A DNA stretch of 64,000 nucleotides from Deltaproteobacteria bacterium (GTDB taxonomy: Bacteria > Desulfobacterota > GWC2-55-46). The notes beneath the pieces were generated by a model. It was not told where the DNA came from. It made no database searches and was given only the letters and a program-made list of their open reading frames with translations. Below, piece after piece: positions 1 through 8,925 of this stretch. Numbering within the stretch: the first letter of the stretch is position 1; each line of letters opens with the position of its first letter. The DNA lies in NCBI GenBank assembly GCA_016218105.1, contig JACRET010000001.1:1262-65261 (forward strand), read 5' to 3'. Position numbers and translations under genes: made by a program.

Positions 1-3
1 CCG

Positions 4-26
4 CCCTCTCCCGCAGGTGGAGAGGG
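4..26. repeat. CCCTCTCCC...GGAGAGGG palindromic REP-like hairpin
   Basis: ccctctcccgcaggtggagaggg; related hairpins at ~2784-2823, ~29870-29907 and ~30110-30147. Confidence 0.6.
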
Positions 27-44
27 AACTATGAGGATGTCAGA

Positions 45-644
45 TCATTTTCTGGAAAGGCACTTTAAAGCCTCTTTAAAGAGTTCCTCGAAACCGCCAC
101 CCGGAAGGGCCGTCTTTGACTTTTTTGCCGCCTCTTCCGCCAGCACGTTCTTGTAGCCCAGATTCTCAAGGGCCGACACCACGTCGGCTGTAAGAGAATC
201 CCTGGATGCAGGAACGGCCGCCTTGGTCTCCGGCTTTGCGATATTTTTAACCTTGTCCTTAAGCTCCAGTATGAGCCTCTCGGCGGACTTCGCGCCAATG
301 CCGGGTATGGAGCTTAAGCGCGCCTTGTCGCCTGCGCCGATGGCCGAGACGAGATCAGCTACGGCTATGCCTGAGAGGATATTACGCGCGAGCTTCGGCC
401 CAACCCCTGTTACGCTTATAAGGAGCTGGAAAGATTCCTTCTCTTCATGCGTAAGAAAGCCGTAGAGCTGAATGGCGTCTTCCTTATGGTTCATGTGGAC
501 GTTAAGGAATACGGTCTCGTTTATTTCAGGGAGCTTATAGAAGGTAGAGAGCGGAATAAAGACTTCGTAGCCGACCCCGCCTACGTCCACGATTACGGAT
601 TCGGTCGTCTTAACGGTCAGTCTGCCGTTTACGTGGGCTATCAT
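45..644 (-). CDS. ruvA: Holliday junction branch migration protein RuvA
   Basis: MIAHVNG..VDVGGVGYEV, LYGF, VTGVGPKLA and IPGIGAKSAERLILELKDK HhH motifs; ALENLGY C-terminal domain. Confidence 0.97.
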   Translation of the reverse strand: MIAHVNGRLTVKTTESVIVDVGGVGYEVFIPLSTFYKLPEINETVFLNVHMNHKEDAIQLYGFLTHEEKESFQLLISVTGVGPKLARNILSGIAVADLVSAIGAGDKARLSSIPGIGAKSAERLILELKDKVKNIAKPETKAAVPASRDSLTADVVSALENLGYKNVLAEEAAKKSKTALPGGGFEELFKEALKCLSRK

Positions 645-1183
645 GATTTTATGGGGGCGGCCCCGGAGGCGCGCTTCCGTTTTAAAACGGCCTGTTCATG
701 GAGATGGAGGCCCGGATGGAAGTGATTTATATGGCATATGGCTGCGGCGAGCGCGTCAGCCGCGTCCGGCTTTACCGGTTCGGTTATCTTAAGGAGCGCC
801 TTTATCATCTGATTTACCTGCTCCTTTTCCGCGTTCCCGTAACCCGTTACGGCCTGCTTTATGGCCCTTGGCGCGTATTCGAATACTTGAAGGCCGCTTG
901 AAGCGGCCGCCAGGAGGGCCACACCTCTGGCATGGCCGAGCGTTATGGCGCTCCTTACGTTCCTGGCGAAAAAGACGGATTCAACCGATACAGCGTCCGG
1001 CTTTAAGTCACGGATCACGGAGGAGAGCCCCTCCGATATCAGGAGGAGGCGTCCTGAAAGTTCCATCCCCTCGTCAAGGGCGATAGTGCCGCTGGAGATA
1101 TGTATGAGCTTACCGCCGCCGCCCTTTTCTACAAGGCCCCATCCTGTAACGTGGCTTCCGGGGTCAATGCCCAATATTCTCAA
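641..1183 (-). CDS. ruvC: Crossover junction endodeoxyribonuclease RuvC
   Basis: RILGIDPGS..TGWG, VESVFFARN, VTGYGNAEKEQV, DAADALA; start moved to TTG at 1183 behind an AGAGAGG RBS. Confidence 0.96.
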   Translation of the reverse strand: MRILGIDPGSHVTGWGLVEKGGGGKLIHISSGTIALDEGMELSGRLLLISEGLSSVIRDLKPDAVSVESVFFARNVRSAITLGHARGVALLAAASSGLQVFEYAPRAIKQAVTGYGNAEKEQVNQMIKALLKITEPVKPDAADALAAAICHINHFHPGLHLHEQAVLKRKRASGAAPIKS

Positions 1184-1197
1184 ATCGGCCTCTCTGT

Positions 1198-1254
1198 CAG
1201 GATGTTGAAAAAGTCCATCCATGGATTGCACAGGAGGGTTTTTTTCAACACCCT
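1198..1254. mobile_element. Miniature inverted-repeat remnant (CAGG..GTTGAAAAA end family)
   Basis: ggatgttgaaaaa...tttttcaacaccc inverted ends; the left end is the reverse complement of the gatggactttttc end of the 31553-31675 element. Confidence 0.55.
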
Positions 1255-1265
1255 CCTGGTTTTAC

Positions 1266-2018
1266 TTAGGCTATATTCGCCATATCCTCGGCGGAGATAT
1301 CGAAATTCGCGTAAACAGTCTGCACATCGTCAAGATCTTCCAGATCCTCCAGGAGATTCAACACCTGCTGTGCAACCTTGCCCTCCACCTTTACGGTCGT
1401 CTTGGGGATCATCGAGATATCGGCGTTTGTATATTTTATCCCGGCCTGATCGAAGGCGGATCTTACCTTGTTGAAATCAGTGTGTTCGGTATAGACCTCA
1501 AATATACCGTCCTCCTGATTAGGGACTACATCCTCGGCCCCCGCCTCAAGCGCGGCTTCCATGAGTTTTTCTTCGGATATCGAACCCATGTCGAAGGTAA
1601 AAAAGCCTTTCTTCTCGAACATGTAAGCGACCGACCCGCTCTGCCCGAGACTTCCGTTATACCGTGTAAAGGCGTGCCGCACCTCGGAGGCTGTCCTGTT
1701 CCTGTTATCCGTCATAAAGTTTACGATTACGGCGACCCCGCCCGGCCCGTAGCCCTCGTAAGTGCCTTCCTCGTAAGTTACGCCCTGAAGCTCGCCGGCG
1801 CCTTTCTTTATGGCCCTGTCGATATTATCCGCCGGAAGGTTTTCAGCCTTGGCCTTGTCGATAGCCGCCCTCAGGCGCGGGTTGCCGTTAGGGTCGCTTC
1901 CGCCGACCTTCGCGGCCACCATCATCTCTTTCACGAGCTTTGTAAATATCTTGCCCTTCTTGGCGTCTGTTTTGGCTTTCTTATGCTTTATATTGGCCCA
2001 TTTTGAATGACCTGACAT
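1266..2018 (-). CDS. yebC: YebC/PmpR family protein
   Basis: [14 protein letters not shown] start at 2018, [21 protein letters not shown]; usual yebC-ruvC-ruvA order. Confidence 0.97.
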   Translation of the reverse strand: MSGHSKWANIKHKKAKTDAKKGKIFTKLVKEMMVAAKVGGSDPNGNPRLRAAIDKAKAENLPADNIDRAIKKGAGELQGVTYEEGTYEGYGPGGVAVIVNFMTDNRNRTASEVRHAFTRYNGSLGQSGSVAYMFEKKGFFTFDMGSISEEKLMEAALEAGAEDVVPNQEDGIFEVYTEHTDFNKVRSAFDQAGIKYTNADISMIPKTTVKVEGKVAQQVLNLLEDLEDLDDVQTVYANFDISAEDMANIA

Positions 2019-2276
2019 CAAAAACCCCCGGATAGTAGAGTATGTGTAATACCCACCGCCCCTTTTGCAGAGGCGATATAATGGATTATGTTTACATAAC
2101 ACAAAAGACGGAACTTTGCAATTTCAAATGGAAAACGAAGCGCGCGAGACCCCCCTCTCACTTGACAGCATAAGTGAAAGGCGCATAAAATTAATAAGCT
2201 GCCCAACTGCACAAACAAAAGTATGAACGCGGCCTAAAGACCGAATTTTCCAACTGGCTTTATTAAGAGGTAAAAG

Positions 2277-2687
2277 ATGAGCGGTGAAAAGATAATTAAA
2301 ACCGAAGAGGAATGGAAAAAAATACTTACCCCTGAGCAGTTCAAGGTTACAAGGAAGAAAGGGACTGAGCGGGCGTTCTCGGGTGAATACGCCCACACTA
2401 AAGAGGACGGGGTCTATAAATGCGTCTGCTGCGGCAACGAGCTCTTCAACTCTAAGGAAAAATACGACTCCGGCACAGGGTGGCCTAGTTTCAGAGCCCC
2501 TATCACCCCGGATAAGGTCAGCCTGCAAACTGACAGAGGCCTTTTTACAAGCAGGATAGAGGTATTATGCGCGAGGTGCGACGCGCACCTGGGCCATGTA
2601 TTCGACGACGGCCCTCCGCCTGCCGGAAAGCGGTACTGCTTGAATTCCGCCGCGCTTACACTGGAGAGGGAGAAAGCGCCAAAATAA
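2277..2687 (+). CDS. msrB: Peptide-methionine (R)-S-oxide reductase MsrB
   Basis: GTERAFSG, CxxC zinc pairs, KYDSGTGWPSF, HLGHVFDDGP, RYCLNS. Confidence 0.97.
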   Translation: MSGEKIIKTEEEWKKILTPEQFKVTRKKGTERAFSGEYAHTKEDGVYKCVCCGNELFNSKEKYDSGTGWPSFRAPITPDKVSLQTDRGLFTSRIEVLCARCDAHLGHVFDDGPPPAGKRYCLNSAALTLEREKAPK

Positions 2688-2727
2688 CCGTGTGCCTCTT
2701 CTTAAGCGGCGGCCACTTGAAAAAAAA

Positions 2728-2994
2728 GCAGGGCCCGTTCACCGAACGGGCCGAGAACAACGGAAACCCTGCAGCAAGCAAAACCTCTCCTCCTCGACGG
2801 GAGGGGACTGAGGGGAGGGTGAAAATTCATTCCAGTCAGATAAAGCCCTTTTGCGCGCTGCCGCGCGCTTTTGGGTATTGGCTCCGCGTGCTGTGCAATG
2901 AAAACAGAGGCTTGCTCGTTCTCTCTCCTTTATGCTCGCTTCGAAATACCCTTGGTATTTTTGAAAACAAAATCTAAAAACGAAAGTCATTGCG
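2728..2994 (-). repeat. Mosaic REP-containing intergenic repeat, copy 1
   Basis: Reverse complement aligns with 29934-30188 (cgcaatgac..ttcgttt; gcggagccaatacccaaaagcgcg; tcaccctcccct.agtcccctcccgtc; ggcccgttc..gaacgggcc). Confidence 0.85.
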
Positions 2995-3011
2995 GGCTTT
3001 ACCCAACGCGG

Positions 3012-4073
3012 CTATCGTCCCTTGGGCTGTGGCGGTTCATTTTCATCCTGAAGTCCATCAGAGTAGACGCCGTTACGGCCGGCCTCCTTTGCGTGATAAA
3101 GAGCGGCATCGGCGCGCTTGAGTAAACTCTCGGCTGTCTCCCCGGGCCTGACCTCGGCAATGCCGATTGAAAGGGTTGTCATTAATTCGACGTCGCCAAG
3201 CAGAAACCGGGTCGTCCTTATGGCGGCGTTGACCTTCCAGGCGACATCCGTCGCGGTCTTGATGTCCGTCTTTATCAAAATAAGGGCAAACTCGTCGCCG
3301 CCGAACCTTGCCAGAAAGTCGCTCTTGCGCAAAACCACCTTGATCTTTGACACCATGCCTTTAAGTACCCGGTCGCCTGCCTGATGGCCATGCGTGTCAT
3401 TTATGGTCTTGAAGTTATCCGCGTCGATCATCATGAGAGAGAATGGGTCGTTATAGCGTTGCCGCAAACTTATCATCTCCGCCAGTTTTTCATCAAAATA
3501 GGCTCGATTAGCGATTTGGGTCAGGCCGTCGATACGGACAGTCGTTTTCAATTCCTCAATTTGACTGCGCTGAGTGTTCATAACGGCCTGTGAGCTGGCA
3601 AGTTCATTTTTGAGCATTGTATTGTTGGCGATCACCCGGTCAATTTCCGTTATGAGGAGTGATTGCGCCGACGCCAGCTCAGGGGGAAGCCCTGCATTAT
3701 TAATGCTCTTCTTTATGTCAATTAGAGCCTGGGACGCATTGCTTGCCGCCTGGTCAGCCCGCATGATGACCGATGTCAATGTAAGAAGAATACTCCGGAT
3801 GGTTTGAGCGGAATCGCTTATCTGCTGTTCGCGTGGGTCTACAGGCGGCGTGACAGGCGCGTGCGGCTGTTTGACCTCTTTTTGCGCCTTTGGGGCAACC
3901 GGCTTTCTCCTGAAACGGTTGCGCAGGCGCGAAAAAGGCGCGGCAACGCCCCGCCCAATCGCGCCCATAAGGCTGTCAACGCCCTTGGTCTGGAGCAGAC
4001 CGGCAACAAGGTGGATAATAAGGCCGAAAAGAAGCCCGGCGCTAAAAAGAAGTATATATGGCAACAATTCCAT
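3012..4073 (-). CDS. Membrane-anchored diguanylate cyclase (GGDEF)
   Basis: N-terminal TM helix, coiled coil, DGLTQIANR, NDTHGHQAGD, RKSD I-site, RFGGDEF. Confidence 0.93.
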   Translation of the reverse strand: MELLPYILLFSAGLLFGLIIHLVAGLLQTKGVDSLMGAIGRGVAAPFSRLRNRFRRKPVAPKAQKEVKQPHAPVTPPVDPREQQISDSAQTIRSILLTLTSVIMRADQAASNASQALIDIKKSINNAGLPPELASAQSLLITEIDRVIANNTMLKNELASSQAVMNTQRSQIEELKTTVRIDGLTQIANRAYFDEKLAEMISLRQRYNDPFSLMMIDADNFKTINDTHGHQAGDRVLKGMVSKIKVVLRKSDFLARFGGDEFALILIKTDIKTATDVAWKVNAAIRTTRFLLGDVELMTTLSIGIAEVRPGETAESLLKRADAALYHAKEAGRNGVYSDGLQDENEPPQPKGR

Positions 4074-4219
4074 GTAATATGCCCTGACGTGGAGTTTTGC
4101 AGGACGACTGAGCCGGCCTGCCTAAGTAGCGTTTGAGCCGGGTTACGGAACTAAACGCTACATCTCAAGGCTCATTATTTCAGTAAAAAAACTCAACCCG
4201 GCCCTGCAAGGTGACAAGG

Positions 4220-4435
4220 TTACACCTTTTTCAAAAAACATGTCTTGAGCACGATGGTGGTTTTCCCTTCACGGCACTCAATCTCTTCGTTTTTAGAAGT
4301 GGTGCGGATATTTTTAAAGACCTTTCCTCTTTTGAGCGTGATGGAAGAACCTTTTACCTTTAAATCTTTAATGAGTTGCACGGAGTCCCCTTCAGTGAGA
4401 ACTGTTCCATTGCTGTCTTTTATGTCCATGATCAC
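4220..4435 (-). CDS. PhnA/YjdM C-terminal-domain-only protein
   Basis: KDSNGTVLTEGDSVQLIKDLKVKGSS..LKRG..LKTCFLKK; lacks the N-terminal zinc ribbon. Confidence 0.85.
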   Translation of the reverse strand: MIMDIKDSNGTVLTEGDSVQLIKDLKVKGSSITLKRGKVFKNIRTTSKNEEIECREGKTTIVLKTCFLKKV

Positions 4436-4515
4436 CTTTCCTGATAATTATAAAATTGTACTTCGATCTGTTTAGTTACGTTGGTCGGGCTAAGGCCTTC
4501 ACACGCAAAGGTTCT

Positions 4516-5451
4516 TTATCCTGTTTCGGGTAAAAAGCTCGGGATGCTGATTCCTTTGAAGGGCTGGAATTCTCCCCACACCTGGTAAAGGTGTGTCTCC
4601 ACATTTCTGGCCTTCCATTCGTACATCTGGCTGACTAATTTGCAGCAATCCATAGGTATGACGGAAAGTACCCCCTCGCCCTTATATCTTTCGAGCGAGG
4701 AAAGTATTAATGCGGCGGCAGCCTCTTCTGTCCTGGCCACACCCGGCCCGATCATGTTGAGGGCTGGGTGCTTGATCGATATCATGAAGCCATCCAGGCA
4801 TCCCTGAGTAGTCTCAATTACCTTTACTTGAAAGAGGCCGCGTTTATTCTCTATCGCATACAAGTAATCCTGCAGACGCTTTATGCCGCTCAACTCAAAT
4901 TCCAGTTCTCCCATTGAATGCGCGTCGCCGATCGTTGCATCTCTGACCATGTCGAGACCGCGCACCTTGCCTCTGATTCCATCAGCCGGAACAGAGATGA
5001 CCATGTCATGATAGGTTTTCCGCGGCACGAAACCTGATTTATTGTACAGGGAGAATGAATCCATGTTGATCGCGCTCCCGACCAGGCGAAGAGATTTGTA
5101 GCCCTTGCTCCTTGTAAAATCTATAATATATTTCACCAGGGCCTTGCCTATGCCCCTGCCGCCATAACTCGGATGAACGCTCATGATCCCCAGGCTGACA
5201 TGATATTCCCTTGGGTGATAAAAACACGCCCCCATCATTCGTTTAGTCTTTTTATTTATCGCCGCGATGCTGCAAGCGGGGGAAAGGTCGTTATAAATGT
5301 CATAAAAGACAGCCGCATCCTCCGGCGGGCACCTGAAATAATCCATGCCCCAGCCCTTCTTCCAATACCAGGCGTTAAAGGAGCTGTGCACCAGGTCGGC
5401 ATATTCGCTTTTGTCGCTCTCTTCCAGCGGTCTCAATTCAAAATCAAACAT
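4516..5451 (-). CDS. GNAT family N-acetyltransferase
   Basis: VHPSYGGRGIGKALV acetyl-CoA motif, LYNKSGF; tandem GNAT-like length (311 aa). Confidence 0.85.
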   Translation of the reverse strand: MFDFELRPLEESDKSEYADLVHSSFNAWYWKKGWGMDYFRCPPEDAAVFYDIYNDLSPACSIAAINKKTKRMMGACFYHPREYHVSLGIMSVHPSYGGRGIGKALVKYIIDFTRSKGYKSLRLVGSAINMDSFSLYNKSGFVPRKTYHDMVISVPADGIRGKVRGLDMVRDATIGDAHSMGELEFELSGIKRLQDYLYAIENKRGLFQVKVIETTQGCLDGFMISIKHPALNMIGPGVARTEEAAAALILSSLERYKGEGVLSVIPMDCCKLVSQMYEWKARNVETHLYQVWGEFQPFKGISIPSFLPETG

Positions 5452-5611
5452 GAACAGATTCCCCTTTTGTTTGATATTTATCTTATGTCTATTTTCAGGA
5501 AGAATATACGATTACCATCCTATACGGTCAAATATGGCTTCAGGACGGAGCGCAGAAAATCACAAGGATGACAATGTAAAATTATTACAGTTCTTTACAC
5601 TTATCAAGCAA

Positions 5612-5722
5612 AATTCAATTACCCTGCCATAAATGGCAGGGATTGTCGGCAAGGTACCTGTCTTTTATAAGCCTAAACTTTGACCCGTCCTTAAAGGGCA
5701 GGATTCCGCCGGGCACCTGATT
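5612..5722. repeat. ~110-bp double-hairpin repeat (IS200/IS605-end-like), copy 1
   Basis: First 46 nt identical to 45217-45262; hairpins CCCTGCCATAAATGGCAGGG and CCCGTCCTTAAAGGGCAGG; partial third copy ~5861-5890. Confidence 0.85.
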
Positions 5723-5815
5723 GAATGCTCCACGCAGAAAGTGAGAACTCGAACTGTAAGGATGTTAGGTTTTTTATTCGCGGAAGGCTGAGGGGTAGCG
5801 GGATCGATGCATTTT

Positions 5816-5866
5816 CAATATGTATGGCGAGCGGATTCCCCGCAGCTTGCCACAGGGAGCTTCAAT
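5816..5866 (-). repeat. ~52-bp ATTGAAGCTCCC-hairpin repeat, copy 1
   Basis: Reverse complement attgaagctccctgtggcaagctgcggggaatccgctcgccatacatatt matches 28636-28686. Confidence 0.8.
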
Positions 5867-5973
5867 TACCCTGCCACAAAACGGCAGGGTTGCAGGGCAG
5901 TTACTTACCTTTTATGTATACGCCGATGGCCCGCCATTAAATGAATGGAACTTCCGTCTGGCACCATTTAAAC

Positions 5974-7413
5974 TCAGATACCAGGCTCCCTTATCTTAAG
6001 CTCCTTCATCTTTATAAAAAGGGTATTTCGGTGGATCTTCATCACCCTGGCGGCCTCAAGCCTGTTCCAGTTGGTTCTATTCAACACCCCTATTATGTAC
6101 CTGCGTTCAAAAAGCTTGCACGCCTCTTTGTAGTCCTTCACGTCTTTTGCGGCATGCTCGTCAAATGCCCCGTCGAAGATACCCTGAGGGAGGTCTTCAA
6201 AGCCGATAGAAAACCCTTCCCTTGATATGACTACAAGCCTCTCGATAAGGTTCTCAAGCTCTCTGACATTTCCGGGCCACGAGTAGCCAAAGAAGGCTTT
6301 TATCGCCTCATCCGTGATGCCGGTTATTTTTTTCCCGCACTTCTTGCCATGCTTTTCGAGAAAATGCCTTACAAGCAGCGGTATGTCTTCTTTCCTCTCG
6401 CGAAGGGGCGGAAGCTCGATGGGTACGACTTTCAGCCTGTAATAAAGGTCTTCTCTGAAGCTGCCTCTGCGCACAGCGTTCTCAAGGTCTACATTTGTAG
6501 CCGCTATCACCCTTATATCCACTTTAACAGGCATATTCGACCCGACACGCTCGAAGGATTTTTCCTGGAGCACCCGCAGTAATTTTATTTGAAGGTGCAT
6601 GGGAAGGGTCGACACCTCGTCAAGAAACACCGTGCCGCCGTCAGCGTATTCGAATTTTCCGACCTTCCTCGCGTGCGCGCCCGTAAACGCGCCCTTCTCG
6701 TGGCCGAACAGCTCGCTCTCCATAAGCTCCGAGGGTACCGCCCCGCAGTTAAACGCGACAAAGGGCTTGTTCTTCCTATCCCCTATCGACTGGATTGCTC
6801 GCGCCACCAGTTCTTTTCCTGTACCGCTTTCTCCCGTGATCAATACACTCGAAGGGGTACGCCCCACCATCTGTATCAGCTCGAATAACTTCTTCATCTT
6901 TGGGGATATGCTTATTATCTCTCCGTAACTCTGGCTTTTAAGTTCTTCTTTTAGGTAATTTACTTCGCTTTTGAGGGTAAGCGTATCCGCGAACCTCCTG
7001 ATAGTGGAAAGGAGGTCGTCATTCTCAAAAGGCTTGGTTATGTAATCGTACGCCCCTTTTTTGAGCGCCGACACGGCCTGCTGCGCGCTGTCGGAAGCTG
7101 ACAGCATCACAACACCTACCTCGCGGTCGATATTCTTGATCATCTCTAGGGCCTGCAGGCCGTTTACGCCCGGCAGGTTCACATCCATAAGAATTATATC
7201 TATGGAACCCGTCTTGACCGCCTCAAGCGCCTCGTAGGCATCTCTTGCCATCATTGTATCGTATTGGTCATTGAGCAGGAATTGAAGCATCCCCCTCATC
7301 GGCTCTTCATCATCGACAATCAAGATCACCGGTCTTCTCATAGTCATAGCTGCCACCAATTTTGTGTTGTAATTTCTTGAAAGCACCCCCATAATGGCTT
7401 CCTTTCCGCTCAA
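5974..7413 (-). CDS. Sigma54-dependent response regulator (NtrC/AtoC family)
   Basis: Receiver domain, GESGTGKE Walker [15 protein letters not shown], Fis-type HTH; exact start uncertain. Confidence 0.93.
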   Translation of the reverse strand: MSGKEAIMGVLSRNYNTKLVAAMTMRRPVILIVDDEEPMRGMLQFLLNDQYDTMMARDAYEALEAVKTGSIDIILMDVNLPGVNGLQALEMIKNIDREVGVVMLSASDSAQQAVSALKKGAYDYITKPFENDDLLSTIRRFADTLTLKSEVNYLKEELKSQSYGEIISISPKMKKLFELIQMVGRTPSSVLITGESGTGKELVARAIQSIGDRKNKPFVAFNCGAVPSELMESELFGHEKGAFTGAHARKVGKFEYADGGTVFLDEVSTLPMHLQIKLLRVLQEKSFERVGSNMPVKVDIRVIAATNVDLENAVRRGSFREDLYYRLKVVPIELPPLRERKEDIPLLVRHFLEKHGKKCGKKITGITDEAIKAFFGYSWPGNVRELENLIERLVVISREGFSIGFEDLPQGIFDGAFDEHAAKDVKDYKEACKLFERRYIIGVLNRTNWNRLEAARVMKIHRNTLFIKMKELKIREPGI

Positions 7414-7554
7414 ATATTTAACTAATTATTTATTATACACCATATATTTAGCATATAATAAAAATAATGTCAACTATTGTTTAGTCAATAAATGATGTTT
7501 TTAAATAAATAGTTTGCCCGAGGGCTCTTGGGTGTGGTTTCAATGGTGGAGGGC

Positions 7555-8925
7555 TTACTGGTTTAAAGCATCGGTCTCATGGTCGATGCCGTAGCTCTTT
7601 ATCTTTCGATATAAATGGCTCCTTTCTATGCCGATAGATTCGGCTGTTTTTGAGATATTGCCTCCGCATTCCTTCAACTTCCTGATTATGAACTCTTTTT
7701 CGAACTCGCGCCTGGCTTCCTTAAGGAGCGTTGACCTGAAGAGGTTCTTCGGGTTTGACGGATGAGCACCCCTTATATAAGAGGGCACGTCCTCGGCCGT
7801 TATGATGTTGGAGGGCGTCATTATAACAAGCCTCTCTATCATGTTTTTAAGCTCCCTGACATTACCGGGCCAGTCGTAATTCGTAAGCACCTTCATGGCC
7901 TCGTCATTTATCTTGATGCACTCGCGCGCCGTTTCCCTGCAGAACTCCTTGAGGAAATGCTCTATGAACAGCGGGATATCCTCCACCCGCTCACGGAGAG
8001 GCAGGACATGGAAAGGTATCACGTTAAGCCTGTAGTAAAGGTCTTCGCGGAAAGACCCTTTGACTATCTGCTCTTTGAGGTTTTTGTTCGTGGCGGCTAT
8101 TACGCGCACATCCACAGAAATATGCTCGTTGCCCCCTACCCTCTCGAAGCTCTGCTCCTGGAGTATCCTTAATATCTTTGCCTGGGTCTTAAGGCTCATG
8201 TCGCCTATCTCATCAAGGAATATCGTACCCTTGTCCGCGAGGTCGAACTTTCCTTTCTTCTGCGCCACGGCGCTCGTGAACGCGCCCTTTTCATGGCCGA
8301 AGAGCTCGCTTTCTATTAGCTCTTCCGGAATAGCCGCGCAGTTCACCTCTATGAAGGGCTTGCCTGACCTGTTCGACAAGAGATGTATGTTCCTTGCCAC
8401 GAACTCCTTGCCTGTTCCGTTCTCACCGGTTATAAGAACCCATGAGTTGCTTGGCGCGACCCTTCCAATGTCGCTGCGTAAAGCCTTTATGGACTTTGAT
8501 TGGCCTATTATCTCGTACTTCGACCATGCCTTGGAACGGAGCAGACTGTTTTCCTCGATAAGCCGCTTCTGCTCCAAAGCGTGCTCAGCCGTCAGGATGA
8601 CCTTATCGAGCGAAAGAGGCTTCTCTATGAAATCGTAAGCGCCGAGCTTGGTGGTCCTGACGGCCGTCTCAATGTTTGCATGGCCCGATATCATTATGAT
8701 CGGAAGCGTCGGGTACTTAAGCTTGATGATCTTCAGCGCTTCTATGCCGTCCATGCCCGGAAGCCAGATGTCGAGCAAAACCATGTCCGGTACTTTTGAG
8801 TCGAGCTTACGGAGTGATTCCTCGGCGCTCCCCGCGGTAACGACAGTAAAGCCCTCGTCCTTGAAAACGCCTTCGAGCGCATCTCTTATGTCTTTCTCAT
8901 CGTCCACTATGAGGACTGTCTTCAT
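7555..8925 (-). CDS. ntrX: Sigma54-dependent response regulator NtrX-like
   Basis: LDIWLPGMDG, SGHANIETAV, GENGTGKE, GAFT, ERSHLYRK; downstream of an NtrY-like kinase. Confidence 0.85.
   Translation of the reverse strand: MKTVLIVDDEKDIRDALEGVFKDEGFTVVTAGSAEESLRKLDSKVPDMVLLDIWLPGMDGIEALKIIKLKYPTLPIIMISGHANIETAVRTTKLGAYDFIEKPLSLDKVILTAEHALEQKRLIEENSLLRSKAWSKYEIIGQSKSIKALRSDIGRVAPSNSWVLITGENGTGKEFVARNIHLLSNRSGKPFIEVNCAAIPEELIESELFGHEKGAFTSAVAQKKGKFDLADKGTIFLDEIGDMSLKTQAKILRILQEQSFERVGGNEHISVDVRVIAATNKNLKEQIVKGSFREDLYYRLNVIPFHVLPLRERVEDIPLFIEHFLKEFCRETARECIKINDEAMKVLTNYDWPGNVRELKNMIERLVIMTPSNIITAEDVPSYIRGAHPSNPKNLFRSTLLKEARREFEKEFIIRKLKECGGNISKTAESIGIERSHLYRKIKSYGIDHETDALNQ

Noticed and set aside
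1-44. Loss of ruvB after ruvA
   Set aside because: The window ends here and ruvB may lie just outside, so this cannot be judged
1221-2006. Long antisense ORFs (1221..2006, 41791..42546 and many similar)
   Set aside because: They are shadow frames opposite well-supported genes and contain no recognisable domains
2277-2687. Selenocysteine form of MsrB
   Set aside because: The catalytic position is Cys (RYCLNS) and there is no in-frame TGA
2567-3125. Short ORFs over repeat regions (2567..2977, 2739..2990, 2871..3125; likewise 29749..30108, 29832..30083, 45150..45362)
   Set aside because: They are translations of palindromic repeats with no protein motifs
4074-4219. c-di-GMP riboswitch or integron attC site upstream of the GGDEF gene
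   Set aside because: Only a simple GTAG-ended hairpin; no GEMM consensus, no RYYYAAC/GTTRRRY attC ends, no integrase
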